From Girardia tigrina (Eukaryota): 50,108 nt of DNA. The notes beneath the pieces are model-generated. The model worked only from the letters and a program-made list of their open reading frames with translations, made no database searches and had not been told where the DNA came from. The DNA is taken from assembly GCA_001938485.1 (NCBI GenBank), contig MQRK01238190.1, positions 1-50,108 on the forward strand. The letters run 5' to 3'. Positions 12,815 through 25,243 of this stretch are shown piece after piece. Both the position numbers and the translations under genes were made by a program. The number at the start of each line of letters is the position of its first letter. Position 1 is the stretch's first letter.

Positions 12815-13030
12815 CTTCTTCTGTAACAAGGCATTCTGAATATTTGACATAACTCCACCTTCAGGAATTGTTAGGTCTCCTAACAACTTAGTCAATTATT
12901 CATCTTTTTGAATTGCTAATTACAAATGTCTAAGAATGATACAAGTTTTCTTATTGTATCTTGCAGCATTTCCTGTACATTCAAGAACTTCTAATGTCAA
13001 ATATTCAAGAATTGCGGCCAAGTAAACAGC
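12815..13030 (-). pseudogene. H2A: Histone H2A pseudogene (C-terminal two thirds)
   Basis: Translates [70 protein letters not shown], colinear with canonical H2A. Two in-frame TAA codons and substitutions at invariant residues. Confidence 0.93.
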
Positions 13031-13060
13031 ATCGCATTTGTTTCATAACTTCAATAAATA

Positions 13061-14052
13061 CATGGTGCGGTAGCTGTTTAAAAACAAAATGAAATTTTTG
13101 GGAAAAAAATTAATAGACAAAAGCAAAATAAAATTTATTACACAATCAAATTTTAACCAAATGAACACATGTTTAAAGGGCAACATCATTCAAGCTTATA
13201 TACACCGCCGAAACTGAATGTAGTCAGTAATGAGATAGGTCTCAGGGATATTTGACAATGCATCCACAACAGTAGCTCTGAGTAATGAAACAGTGTTATG
13301 GGTATGACTATTGAAGTTCCTCTCAACTACGCCTCACACAATTGAATCTAGTGGATTGACATTTGATGTGCTGGATAACTTAGCGTTAGGTGTGGTGTGG
13401 TCGTGAAAATTCTTAGCCATCCATTCTTGGATTGTTTTGGCTTTATGAGATTGTGCTAAGTTTTATTGAAGAACATACTGCCTCCCTCGTGATTCAGTTG
13501 CAATCAAAAGCTTTACAACTGTGGCTAACTCCTTGATGTAAGCAACGGCATTGACCCTAGCACTTAAATTTAAAAAATGTGAATAGATCAATATCACATT
13601 CACTACTAACAACACCAAGAACGATCATTGATACTTGATATTTGGTATGCATGACCGTAGATACCTCATCAGAAATTTTACACAGCCACCGATCATTTTT
13701 GCAATTCACTTTCTGGTACTGAATAAAGCTTTTCTCGTCTGAAAAAAACCAGATCATTATTGAATCCTCGGGAAGTGTGAGCTTGTTCAGAAGACACTTG
13801 GATTTGTTCAAGCAGTTCATCTTTGGTTTTTTCTGACATGAGCTGTTCTCTTCGCATCACGTATGATTTGTAATGGAGGTCTTCATGAACCACACGTCAG
13901 ACGGTCACATTAACAACCTGCAGCTATCTGGCCAGTGCCCTCATTGACTTTATTTCTTGCAAATGAGTTGGTTCTGTCATTAACCTGTAACAGAAAAAAA
14001 CAAGAAATTGTGGCACTTATATTGTGTTTTCTCAAAAAGCTGCCGCACCTTG
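13061..14052 (-). mobile_element. maT/DD37D (Tc1/mariner superfamily) element, internally deleted and decayed
   Basis: TIRs TA|CATGGTGCGGTAGCTGTTT and reverse complement TA|CAAGGTGCGGCAGCTTTTT. Transposase motifs HEDLHYKSY, FFSDEK, NDRWLC, VLGVVSSE, YVLQ*N and NVNPLD. I count 37 residues between the second and third catalytic positions. Confidence 0.88.
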
Positions 14053-14479
14053 TATATGTAATGGTGAAATCGAATCGAAAGATGAACTCATGAGACTTAA
14101 ACACGATTCTTTCTAATAAAAGAGGTTACTTTTTTTAAAAAATGATTTTTGTACTTTAGATCGTTAAAGAAAGAATCTGGGAGTATATGGTGATTATATA
14201 GAAAAGTAAATATACTGAATTATCTGTTTACTTGTAATAAATATAAAGTTTCTTTATGTATCATGTAAATGTATTAACGATGATAAAAAATTTTATATCC
14301 ACAAGATTAAGAAAGTCATTTTCAATAATAAAAACATTACTATTTATTGTTTTCTTTAATAATTGTAAAGAAATATTCTAAGAATCACCGGTTAATGAAC
14401 AATGAACAATCTTTGATTCTCAAGTAAAACAAAAGATTTTAATTGAAGATTTAATTGCAATATTCATTTCAAATATTTT

Positions 14480-14720
14480 TACTGCCATTTTGAATTTCTA
14501 GTACTGAGTTTAAGAGAAAACAATGTCTAAATATTGATGTTTATTGTTTGGAATCGATGTCATCTAGTAAAACAAAATAATGTTTTATATAAGATCGATA
14601 AAAATACTTGACATTGAAGGAAAATTCTGAATGTTGTTATTTTGTTGTTTATATGATGTTTAGATTGGTGACTCTCCTACTCATATGGGATTGTAATTAG
14701 AAATTTTAATAATAGATTTA
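14480..14720 (+). repeat. Copy of the dispersed decayed repeat (possible cathepsin pseudogene segment)
   Basis: 14485-14612 aligns with the reverse complement of 17480-17598. 14663-14715 (gactctcctactcatatgggattg...agaaattttaataat) parallels 16495-16525 and reads LP..WDW/RNFNN with frameshifts. Confidence 0.65.
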
Positions 14721-15007
14721 AGTAAATAATTTAACTTATTAACTTTAATATAATTAAAGAACTAACGTTTATTTTAAAATATAATTTTGACAAATTAAAA
14801 AAATATAAATTGGATAATCTTATTCATTATTCAAAGATTTAAATAAATATATAAAAACTATATAAATTAAAGAACGATGCTTTTCACAGACTGTGCTACT
14901 GAAAATGAGCTTGTTTGTGTTGTTAATAAATGTTTTCGCGCAAATTGTGATGTTACTAATAGACATTAATATGATTCTCCATATTTTACTTGAATTTAAA
15001 CATTTTA

Positions 15008-16226
15008 TTAGGTTATCCTTAAAGTTCCTGGTCAATAATGAAAATAAATTTTTTTTCAATTTCTTTTTGGCATTATTTATTTGATATTGATATGTATCGA
15101 TTTATTTATAGCATTAAATGAACTACGAGATTACAAAGCTGGAAATCCGTGTGTTGCTACGGCACTATTGGAACAAAGGCTTGACAAAACGAGGTGCTGC
15201 CAAGGCAAATTTGCAAAGTTGAAGGTACACAAACGGTCGGAAATAATTCGGCATTTGATTAGTTCAAGCGTTTCATTAAAGACAACTTTGACTTGAATGA
15301 CAGTCATCGTTCTGTACGACCAACGAAATTCGATTACGATGACTTGCAAGCAGAGTTGAACATGAAGCCTTCGTCAAGCACTCCCGATTTGGCATTTAAG
15401 CTTGGAGTTGGTAATTCAACCATACATTGGCATTTGAAGCAGCTCTACTTTGGGCACAAGAAACTGCATAAAGATCCATACAAACTCACCAAAACACAGG
15501 TTGATAAAGGAGTCCAAATTTTCCGACAACTGCTACAGAATCCACGAGATAACCGCTTACGGAAACGAATTGTGACGTCGGAGGAGAAGTGGGTCTACTT
15601 GGTCAACCACCACCGAGACAAGTTGTTGGTTTCACCGGGTCAAGCAATGCCGTCAGTTCCAAACGAGATCGATTTGGCTTGAAAATTATGTTGTGCATCT
15701 GGTGGATTTTTGAGGGAGTCGTGCACTTTGAGTTGGTTCAGAACGGTCAGACCATCAATGCAGAGCTCTATTGTCAACAGCTGGACCGTATCCACGAGAA
15801 GCTCAAGGGGATGTACGCTGCCTTAATCAACCAAAAACGTGCACTGATTCAGCAAGACAATGCGAAGCCGCATATCGCCAAGAAGACCACGGGCAGGTTC
15901 AAAGAATTGGATGGAATCGAAATCCTGCCGCATCCTGCTTACAGTCCTGATTGCGCTCCATCCGACTATGGCCTCTTCCGATCCATGCAACACTTGAAAC
16001 GCCACCGATTCGAAGTATTTGATGAAATTGAACAAGCATGTCAATAGTCCTTCAATTCGTAGCAGTCGGAATGGTACTTTGACCAGATCCGAAAGCTTGC
16101 AGACCGTTTGCAGAAAGTAGTTGAAAACGATGGACTTTGAAGATTAATTGTTTTTTCTTTAAAATAAATTCTTGAACAAAAAATTGTATTTTTCATTCTT
16201 GACCGAGAACTTTTAGGACAACCTTA
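15008..16226 (+). mobile_element. Full-length defective mariner (DD34D) element
   Basis: TIRs TTAGGTTATCCTTAAAGTTCCTGGTCAA and reverse complement TAAGGTTGTCCTAAAAGTTCTCGGTCAA, with TA TSD. Split ORFs 15293-15682 and 15589-16047 carry IVTSEEKW (first D mutated), QQDNAKPH and HPAYSPDCAPSDY. Confidence 0.95.
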
Positions 16227-16269
16227 TAAACAATAATTATTTGCCGATTGAGGTTGTTAGTTTAATGTA

Positions 16270-16868
16270 TGCCATTTTAATTATTTGATATTTCAGAATT
16301 AGTACTTGACACAAAAATGTTTTCATATCATAAACATACATTTTCAAATAAATTTTTGTAATTAAAATTTTTCATTTCGTCAACTTATTAATTAATTTCG
16401 TGAAAATTATTATTCTAATTTAATTTATCATTGTGAGGAATATTTTGAATGTTTGATGTGTTGTATTTGAATGTTGTATGTTGATTTCGAATTGTTTCTC
16501 TCCTACAGATGGATGATTAATATTTTAATTCTTATTATCTGAAAATATGTAATGTTTAAATGTATTTCAAGTTTAAAATAATGGTAAATATTTAAATAAG
16601 TTAATTAATTTTTTTTTCAATTTTTAAATAAATAAATTGAATAATTATTTATTAAAAAATTAAGAATCATTTTAATTTTTAACCAATAAAATTTAGAGTA
16701 AATATTTTTTCAATTTCTTTAATTCAACATTTGCTCAGCTAATAGGATTAAAGTGATTAATTAATATATTGATGCAATCTTACGAAAGCTTCAACAAATA
16801 CTGTCTTGAGGTCAATCAAATGTGTTGTAATAATAAAAATATTAAAAGTCATATTGATGTTTTTAATA
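16270..16868 (+). repeat. Copy of the dispersed decayed repeat
   Basis: Aligns in inverted orientation with 2512-2925. Its start (tgccatttt...tagtact) resembles 14483-14505. Confidence 0.7.
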
Positions 16869-17329
16869 ATCATATAATTTATTTTTTGAAATTTTTTTAT
16901 TCAAATTTATTAATTATGAAATTTATTTTAATTTTAAATAAAATTATTTAATTTAATTTATACTAAAAAAACTTAAATTTAAAAAAAATAATAAAAAAAC
17001 TAAAAATTAAAAAAAAATTAATTAAAAATTAAAATTACTTAAAAAACTAAAAATTTATACTAAAACTTAAATTTCTTTCAAATTATTTTCCAAAAATATT
17101 TAACTTAATATTAATAATTTCATTCAACATTATAAATTTTATCTCTTATTTTTTATTTTAAAACTTTCACTTATTATTTTCCTACTAAAATATATCGACT
17201 TTACTCAATCTAAACTTTTGGATTTGAAACTCTTTTTTGTTTTATAAAATTATTTAATTTTTGTTAAAATGTTAAATTAAAAAAAAACAAATTATTTGGC
17301 GAATCGAAAATTTTATTTAACTCCTCATA

Positions 17330-17598
17330 GAAATAAATCTGAGTTCTGAAATAGAATATATCATATTTTATCATTTTCTTCATTCACATTCTCTGCCAAA
17401 CCCATTCTTGTGGAAGATCTACTCAATGATTTTTTTAATATTTAAAATTTGTATACAAAAATAAGAAAACTCATGTTCGTGTCAAATTTGTATCGATTTA
17501 ATAAAACATTATATTGTTTACTTGATGATATCAATTTCCAAACAATAAACAACATCAGTCTAACATTGTTTCTATTGAACTCAAATATTCAAATGGAC
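17330..17598 (-). pseudogene. Copy of the dispersed repeat; resembles the mature N-terminus of cathepsin Z/C
   Basis: The minus strand reads DLPQEWVW / NVNEEN...RTQ (cf. LPxxWDWRNVxGxN...RNQ). 17480-17598 is an inverted copy of 14485-14612. Confidence 0.4.
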
Positions 17599-19340
17599 TT
17601 TTAAAAGAATTTCTTTTCAACTTAAATATTTTTATTGATATTTCATTTGATTAAATTGGTAAAGTATTAAATTTTATATTTTTTTATATTGAGAATTATT
17701 TTAAAGAATTTTGACATTAATAATATTTTTAATATTGCATTATAATTTTTATCTGGATTTATATTAAACCTATAAATTTGGCTACAGACATATTCATGTT
17801 TGATTTTAAATAAAACGATTAGAAATTGTTATTATCAAATTATTTAAAAACAAAATTGTGCTCATTATTTTCTGATCTTTTTTCAGATGATTAATAACTT
17901 TATATGTACCAGAGAATGTAGATGGTAAATCTCAAATTATGTTTTATAATCCTTTTGCTTGGATTTTTTTATTGATCTTAGAATCACGAAAGCTCTCAAA
18001 GACTTTTTCGGGATTCTAATTGAATTGTTATTATAATTGTTTTCGTTATTATATCGAATCCCTTTATCTACTTGTCAATCAGATCAACAATTATTTTACA
18101 AGTGAATTAAAATTAAATGTTTGAATTCCTGCTGGAAGATTTTGGATTGACATTATCATTGGTTTTGAATGACAATTTTTGAAATTTTATTTTCCTTTTT
18201 TTTGCTTGCATTTAAATAATCAACATGTACAAATATGAAAAATATATCAATATGAAAAAAAGATTTAAATTACAAAAGAAAATACAAAAAAATAAATAAG
18301 AATAAATTAAATTTAAAATAAAATGATAATGTTGAAATCAATTTTTTATTTAAATAAACTGAGATACACTCAGTTAATTAATTGAGTTATGAGTTATTTT
18401 TGACTCAAAATTTCCTTTTCTATTCGACCAGTTAGTGTACCGAATTCTCTTTCTTTGATTGAGCTGAAAGTCAGTGGAGAGTGTGCTAATGTTTTACTGG
18501 TCAAAAAGTGAAATGACTCGCTCTAATTGGCTAGATAATCAGAGCGAGATTTCTGGCTGGAACGTTAAAATGTTTCGGTATTGCAATTGTTTAATGGGAT
18601 TTATTGTTGCAATTTTTATATCAAAGCTCAATTTTTATTTTTGAATTCTTTGGTTGTATTCATATTTTGAAAAATTTTAAATTTGACATTGTTGTTTGAA
18701 TACAGTTCCGACATTATATTATTTAAGAACTGTTCTGAGAACAAAGTAAATACTGATATAATGAAGATTTTCTCGATTTCTCTTTAAATTAAAATTTCCA
18801 ACTGAGTGAATAATTTTAGAAAATATAGCTAGTGAAAGTCCGACAGAAAACAATAGTTTTTGTAATTCGACAATCTATTAGATGATAAAATTATCTATGG
18901 TTAGTGATCGAATATCACCCAAATTGGCTTGCTAAACGCATCCAAAGTAATTACGTCAAATTGAACCGAGTGTATAATCGCAAAATTTGACAATACTAAT
19001 TAGAAAATTACAAGCGGTAATTTTCCGATTCGTAAAGAGTGATATTTCTGTTGAAAATTTCAGTTGCTCATCTGATTCTCTACATCGTTAGGAATGTTAA
19101 TTATTTTTCGGTATTCATTCAATGCTAATAAGAAAATATTGTGCTTTATTTAATCGATTATTTAAACAAAACAATCAATGATACAGTCTGAAAAAAATAT
19201 TTATTCTTTTTCGTCACGTAATATACACGTGTACAGTTAAAATCTCGCAATCATGAAACAACAAATTATCAATAATAACTGTAATTAATGGAGTAAAACA
19301 AACTTTTCAATATTTTTTTATTACAATAAATATATTTATA

Positions 19341-19885
19341 CTAGCGCGCTCGGCCCGCTTCGCGGCCCTCTCTTGCCGGGGGTTCAATTTTTTTTATATT
19401 ATAAAAGCCCAAGTAACTCACTGCCTGCCTCACTGCCTCACTAACGCTGTAAGNNNNNNNNNNNNNNNNNNNNNNNNNNNNNNNNNNNNNNNNNNNNNNN
19501 NNNGCAATTAACGTAATTAATTCAATAAAATAAAAGAATGAAATTAATGAAACAGACAAAATCAAAAAATAAAAATAATAAAGACAATGAAACGGCAATT
19601 ACTACCTCATTCAGGGTTCTTCCACAATCAAAATTAAATAAAATATTCGAATTGGTATATAAAATGATAGCAAANNNNNNNNNNNNNNNNNNNNNNNNNN
19701 NNNNNNNNNNNNNNNNNNNNNNNNNNNNNNNNNNNNGCGTAAAAGTGTGTGTCGTGTGTGCAGTGTATCGGTTATTTATAGTGTGCCGGATATATATACT
19801 ACCCGACACACTCGGGTTTTTTTATCTCGCTTGATTACGTCAGCGTTAGTGAAGCAGGGAGTGACTTGGGCTTTTATAATATATA
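19341..19885 (-). mobile_element. Non-autonomous Helitron-like element
   Basis: On the minus strand it starts A|TATATATTATAAAAGC and ends with a GC hairpin GGCCGCGAAGCGGGCC followed by CTAG|T, i.e. an A/T target with no TSD. Two internal N runs. Confidence 0.7.
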
Positions 19886-20541
19886 TTTTTTAAGTTGAAA
19901 TTCTTTTAACTTAATTTTATTTAAATTCTATAATTATTTCCGTTCCTCAAATGATATAAATTTTGAACATTCAATACTAATTTTTTGTTATACTTATAAA
20001 TTCCGAAAAGCCTAGCAATGTTGTATGATCATTATAATATCAATACGGCATTAAAAACTATCGGGTTAATCATAATAAATTTATGTATTATTTCTTCATT
20101 TAAAGCAATAAAATATCAAAACTATTTCAGCCATTCATTTCAAATAATCAAACTCACATTTCCTTAAATAATTTATCTTAATTATTTAGTAAATTATTCA
20201 AAAATTGATTTGATAAATTTTTATCTTTTTTACTGTAAATATAAATGCGAGAAAAGATTATTTATAATTTATTAATTATGTAAAACATAAATCGATAAAA
20301 ATAAGAAAATTTATTTTAATAAAAGAAATATTAATAAAAATAAATAAATTTAAACATAATATATGTATGCTTATTGTAATGAAAAAGGATTTTATATTTA
20401 TTTTGTTGAATAAATCTTTAATATCTCATTATGTTTTCAATAAAAATATTATTTTAGAAGAAATATTTATTTGATATTAATTATATTATAATAATTGTGA
20501 AGTAATTTAAATTACTTTGTTTGATGTCATTTTCAAAGTCA

Positions 20542-20864
20542 GCTATTGTATAGAATTGGGAAATTTAATTGAGAAACCGGTAAATTTAAATGTACAATAA
20601 AATTCAAATTTAATAAAAGACGCAACAAAATCTTTGTAACAAAAATTTTAATAAATTCACTTTATAATTTTTATTAAAAAATGTATAGAATTTTAATTCG
20701 TAAAAAATACAATAACCATATTTATATTTATATCAATTCTTATTTATAATGGTTTGTGTAAAATGAAAGTGCAAAGTTCCTCGAAAATATTTGTTTAAAA
20801 AACTTAAATTGTGGTAGAAGTAAAGTTTTGTGTTAATGACAACTTCTTTTGATCAAGAACCCAA
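20542..20864 (+). repeat. 5' LTR, only the last ~320 bp recognisable
   Basis: gctattgtatagaattggg...gatcaagaacccaa matches the end of the 3' LTR; the PBS follows directly. Confidence 0.9.
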
Positions 20865-20865
20865 T

Positions 20866-21783
20866 ATGGCGACCATAGCCAGCAACTCGGATCAGTTGAT
20901 TGGGAGACTAATGCCGGAAAAATATCGAAGACAGGACAATGTCGAAACATTTATATCGGCTTGTGCTCGATATTTCAAAGTGTCAAAGGTTCAGGAAAAT
21001 ATTCAAGAAATATCGGTGATAGGGTTATTATCCCAAGAGTTAATACTAATGTATGAAAGTGTATCTGCGGATATAAAATGATATGAAACCCGATTTCGTG
21101 AAGCTTTTCATAAGAAAAGAACAATGATGTAAGCCTTAGAAGAGGCCGTACATTTCGAGAGGTCTGGAGAATCGATCGAGGAGTACTTTGCTAAAGTAAA
21201 TATATTAGCATAGAAATTACAAAAACATCAATGGACAAAAGAGGGAATAGAAAGATGTCTTCTAATTCATGGATCAAAGGACAGTGATGTGAAAAAGGAG
21301 ATTAAACTCAGAGACATAAAGGAGATACCGGTATGAAAGAACCTGATGAGGAAAGTAGACGAAATCCGGAGATCTAAAAAACATGTTCATGCGGTAAGAC
21401 CAACGTATAGGGAAGTGATAAAAAGAGGAAAAATTGCCTAAATATTAGTGAAGAAAGTGGAAACATTGGAGAGACGACCTCCTTTGCGTAACAACAATAC
21501 ATACAGAAACTACAAAGAAATAGGCCATAGAAGCAATGAATGTAGGCGAGAAAGGGATATCACGTGCTACGTATGTGTAGAAACGGGCCATGTGCGCCGA
21601 GAATGTAAGACGATAATATTTAACAGGTGTAACGATCCGAGATATAAGGCCAATGTGTGTTACACGAATCTGAACCGACGTCATTACAGAAGGAACGAGT
21701 ATCAAGAGAGAACCAGTATCATGAGAGAACACAGAGGGATAATCGCGGCCATCACGTGCTCTGGAAGAGACGGGAGAAACTGA
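20866..21783 (+). pseudogene. gag: gag pseudogene with zinc knuckles
   Basis: ATG at 20866 overlaps the PBS (MATIASNSDQLIGRLMPEKY...). Knuckles GHRSNEC, CYVCVETGHVRREC and RCNDPRYKANVC. Several stops. Confidence 0.8.
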
Positions 21784-22014
21784 AGTAGGAGGAATACCAG
21801 AGAGGTTTTGAAAGAGGACGACAGATAGCGATGATGGAGGAAGAAGAGTGCAGAGAATCTGAAATTTGAGGAAAAGATTACCGATAAAGATCGAAGTAAA
21901 GAAGCATTAAAAACGATAGAAACACAGAGATAAATCAATAGAAAAATTAATCCACCAATATCGAGGCATATTTATGGCAAACGACTGGAATATCGTGTGA
22001 ACGAATTTACTACG

Positions 22015-25000
22015 TCATACAATAGAAACAACGAGGGGACCAATCAATGTAAAACCAAGCAGATAGCCGGTGCATTTAGAGGGTAAAATGGAAGAAGCGA
22101 TTAAGAACCTAGAATCAAATGGAATAATAAGACCATGTAACTCACAATGGAACACACCAATAGTATGTGTCTGAAAAAACGACAAGGATAAAATCAGACT
22201 ATGCCTAGACTTTAGACAATTAAACCTTATTACAAAGAGCATTCCCAATGCCGGACATAACAGAGATGATGGATAGTTTACGCGGAGCCAAATATTTCAG
22301 TACAGTAGACTTGGGAAATGCATACTACAAAGTAGAATTAGATAAGGAGTCGAAAGAAAAGACGGCGTTTTCAACGAAATCAGGGCAATTTTGTTTCAAA
22401 TGTATGCCTCTCGGCATAGCAGCAGCACCAGGAACATTTCAGGAATTAATTACTAAAGTTTTGGAACTGGTAAAAAAAGTAGAGTCAGTTTACTTAAATG
22501 ACATATTAATTGCAACAAGGAAAAAAAGAAGACCATTAAGATGTAATCAAATTAGGAAAACAGGATTGAGGATAAAAGCAGCAAAATGCAAGATATTAAG
22601 ACAAGAAGTGGAATTTTTAGGACATATAATTAATCACAAGGGAAAACAGACAGATCCAGAAAAAAACATTGGGATAGAAAATTTTCAAAGTGCATTAAGA
22701 ATTTGAGCAGTTATTTGGGAATCTGCAATAATTATAGGGGATTTATTAACGAATATGCGAAGAAAGCTAAGGTATTAGAAGGAATGTGCGGGTCAAACAA
22801 AGAAAAACTGGTATGGACAGACGCGTGCGAAATAGCATTTCAAGATATGAAAAGAGCATTAGTATCGGCACAAATATTGAGTTTCCCGGACTTTAATAAA
22901 CAGTTTATCTTAGATAAAAACACCAGCTTCGACAACATAGGGGCAGTATTAACACAGATAGACGATTCAGGTAGAGAACAAGTTATAGCATATGGATCAC
23001 ACACAATGTCGGAGCATGAAAGAGGGTACTGCATAACCACGAAGGAACATTTAGCGATTTTTTTATTTCTGTCAGCATTTCAATCACTATTTGTATGGAA
23101 AGAAGTTTAAATTACGAACAGACCATAAAGCGATTACTTTCATGTTTCAAACAAAAAAAGCCGTTAAATGTTCAGTTACAAACGTGGATGAACTATTTAA
23201 GCAGTCTTGATATCGAAATATAATACAGAAAAGGAAAAATAGATGACAACGTGGATATGTTATCTGGACGAAATTGCGAAACGTGTACTCAGTGCCAAAT
23301 GGAACATGAAGAAGTGAAAACGGATAAAAGCAAGACCAGGCTATTAGCGGTAACTACGAGAAGTCAAGCAAGAGCAGGACAGAAAGAATGGGTACCGAAA
23401 GAAAAACGGAATGAGATAATTATTCAAACACACAGATTATCTTACCAAGCAGGGACCGAAAAGGTATACGAATACCTGAGAGACAAATTCGATATGAAGA
23501 AGAAAGGAAAACAGTAAAAGAGGTAGTGGAGTCATGCATAGAATGTCAACAAACGAAGATAAGAACTACAAATCAAAGGAAGAAAATGTAAAGATAACAG
23601 CTGCAGAAATGTTCGAAAAGATATACATAGGCATTTGTGGACCGTGGAACGAAACAATAAGAAGAAAGAAGTACATTTTCGGAATTATAGACCATTTCAT
23701 CAAATATGTAAGCTTGACAGCTATTAAAACACAGGATGAAGAAACGATTTTACAAACTGTAGTGACACAAAATTATAATCTGTATTTATATATATTAAAT
23801 ATATATTAAAATCTGATATTTTTTATTTATAATCACTAATTCCGAAGTCTATGCAAACAAAAACTATGAGATTCAAAAAACTCAATTATGTTTCGAAATC
23901 GGTATATTTTTATAAAGATGATTAACTTTTTTTTCCATCCTTATGTAAATAAAATGAATTATGGACAACATTTTTTGTATGTATATTTTTATGGATTTTT
24001 TGTTAATTGGAAAAAAAAGAATTTCGAATGAACAATCACACAATGATTTTTTTGTTTAAATAATATGTAAAACTCACTTAAATATACAAATAAAGATTTT
24101 TTTTTGAGTTTATTTATTTGGATGATTATTAAAAAAAACGAAAAGAATTTTAATAAAAATCTTCGTATTTTTTTCTAACGAATTTCAATTTTCTCTATAC
24201 GACAATTGAATTATATTCAATCTCAATTTTCATTGAATTCGGTTTGTTTCTGCAACAAATGTGGAAATGTGAATTTTGTTTAAACAATCAGCACGGGATA
24301 TCCGGTTTAATCAAAAAGATTTTGTACAACATTTGCGATCGTTTCATTTGTCCAAATTCAATCAAAATCAATTTAACATAATCGATACTAAATCAATCGA
24401 AAACAGTCTCAACTATCAATTTATTGTCAATTTGAGTTCGATTCTCGACAAAATGATTGCCACCAAATCCGATGATTTAACATTGGATAATTCGATTGTT
24501 TCGATTGAGAGAGCGATTCCCATGATCGATTTGAGGGTGCCGAAATCACCGTTCCTCGTGTTGGTGGTTGTGCGGGCGAAGTCGGCCGCTCTGATTGGGA
24601 TTTTACCCGGCGGTAGTCGATCACGGCCGACCATAAAATAAACCATATTACAAAAGTGGATACTAAAATTCGGTGCACCAAAAGAGATACATTTTGATTG
24701 TGGTAAAAGTTTTGAATCGAAAAGAGTTAAAGAAATGATAGAGGCAAGGGGCATTAAACTAATCTTTTCAAGTTCGTACCACCATAATACCAATGGGATA
24801 ATTGATAGGCAATTCTGAACTAATCGGAAGTTCATCCATGCAAGTCTTAAAGAGAGAAACTCCATGAGTTTGGCAGACAGATTACCAGAGATAGAATTTG
24901 CAATAAACGCTACAAAACAGAAAATGATAGGGTGTAGCCCAGCAGAAGTAGTATTTGTGAGGAAAATAGACAGACAATGACAGTAAAACGGACGGAGAGA

Positions 25001-25230
25001 ACTTAAGACAAAAAATTAAAAAGAACACACCGGTGGAAACAGGAACGCGAGCAACTTACAAAGTGGGTGATAAGGTTTGGTTTACGAAAGAAATAAGAAA
25101 GAAAGGCGAAGACAGATTTGAAGGCTCTTACGAAATCATTGAACAGATTCATGAGAGGAGTTATAGGCCCAAAGATTAAAATGATAAACAAATAATAAGG
25201 AATGTGGAAAAATTCAAAAATTTCAAAAAC
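22015..25230 (+). pseudogene. pol: pol pseudogene (RT-RNase H-integrase), interrupted at 23758-24639
   Basis: ORF fragments 22248-22706, 22703-23110 and 23534-23757. After the insertion the frame resumes TILQKWILKFGAPKEIHFDCGKSF...NTNGIIDR...EFAINAT...SPAEVVF. Confidence 0.9.
23758..24639. mobile_element. 882-bp nested insertion in integrase, possibly a solo LTR of another family
   Basis: AAAC is duplicated at 23754-57 and 24640-43. Removing the insertion restores ETILQT-ILQKW. It begins TGT and ends AAT, with an AT-rich 5' half and a CpG-rich 3' half. Confidence 0.7.
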
Positions 25231-25243
25231 GGAGGGGGGATTT

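Noticed and set aside
12815-13030. TAA at conserved H2A positions suggesting a reassigned genetic code (TAA=Gln)
   Set aside because: One TAA replaces Gln and the other Glu, alongside many other disruptive substitutions. Intact-looking ORFs end at ordinary stops. Mutational decay explains it.
15823-16044. Antisense ORFs over transposase and pol genes (also 21445-22248, 22840-23040, 45207-45795)
   Set aside because: Shadow frames of TE coding sequence.
17395-17425. LPQEW.W read as the UGGT motif LPQEWLWCETWC
   Set aside because: The following residues do not give CETWC, and the sibling copies fit LPxxWDWRN better.
24276-24865. ORFs of 121, 149 and 84 aa as an extra (env-like or antisense) gene of the gypsy element
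   Set aside because: They straddle the nested insertion boundary or the antisense strand of integrase, and show no recognisable motifs.
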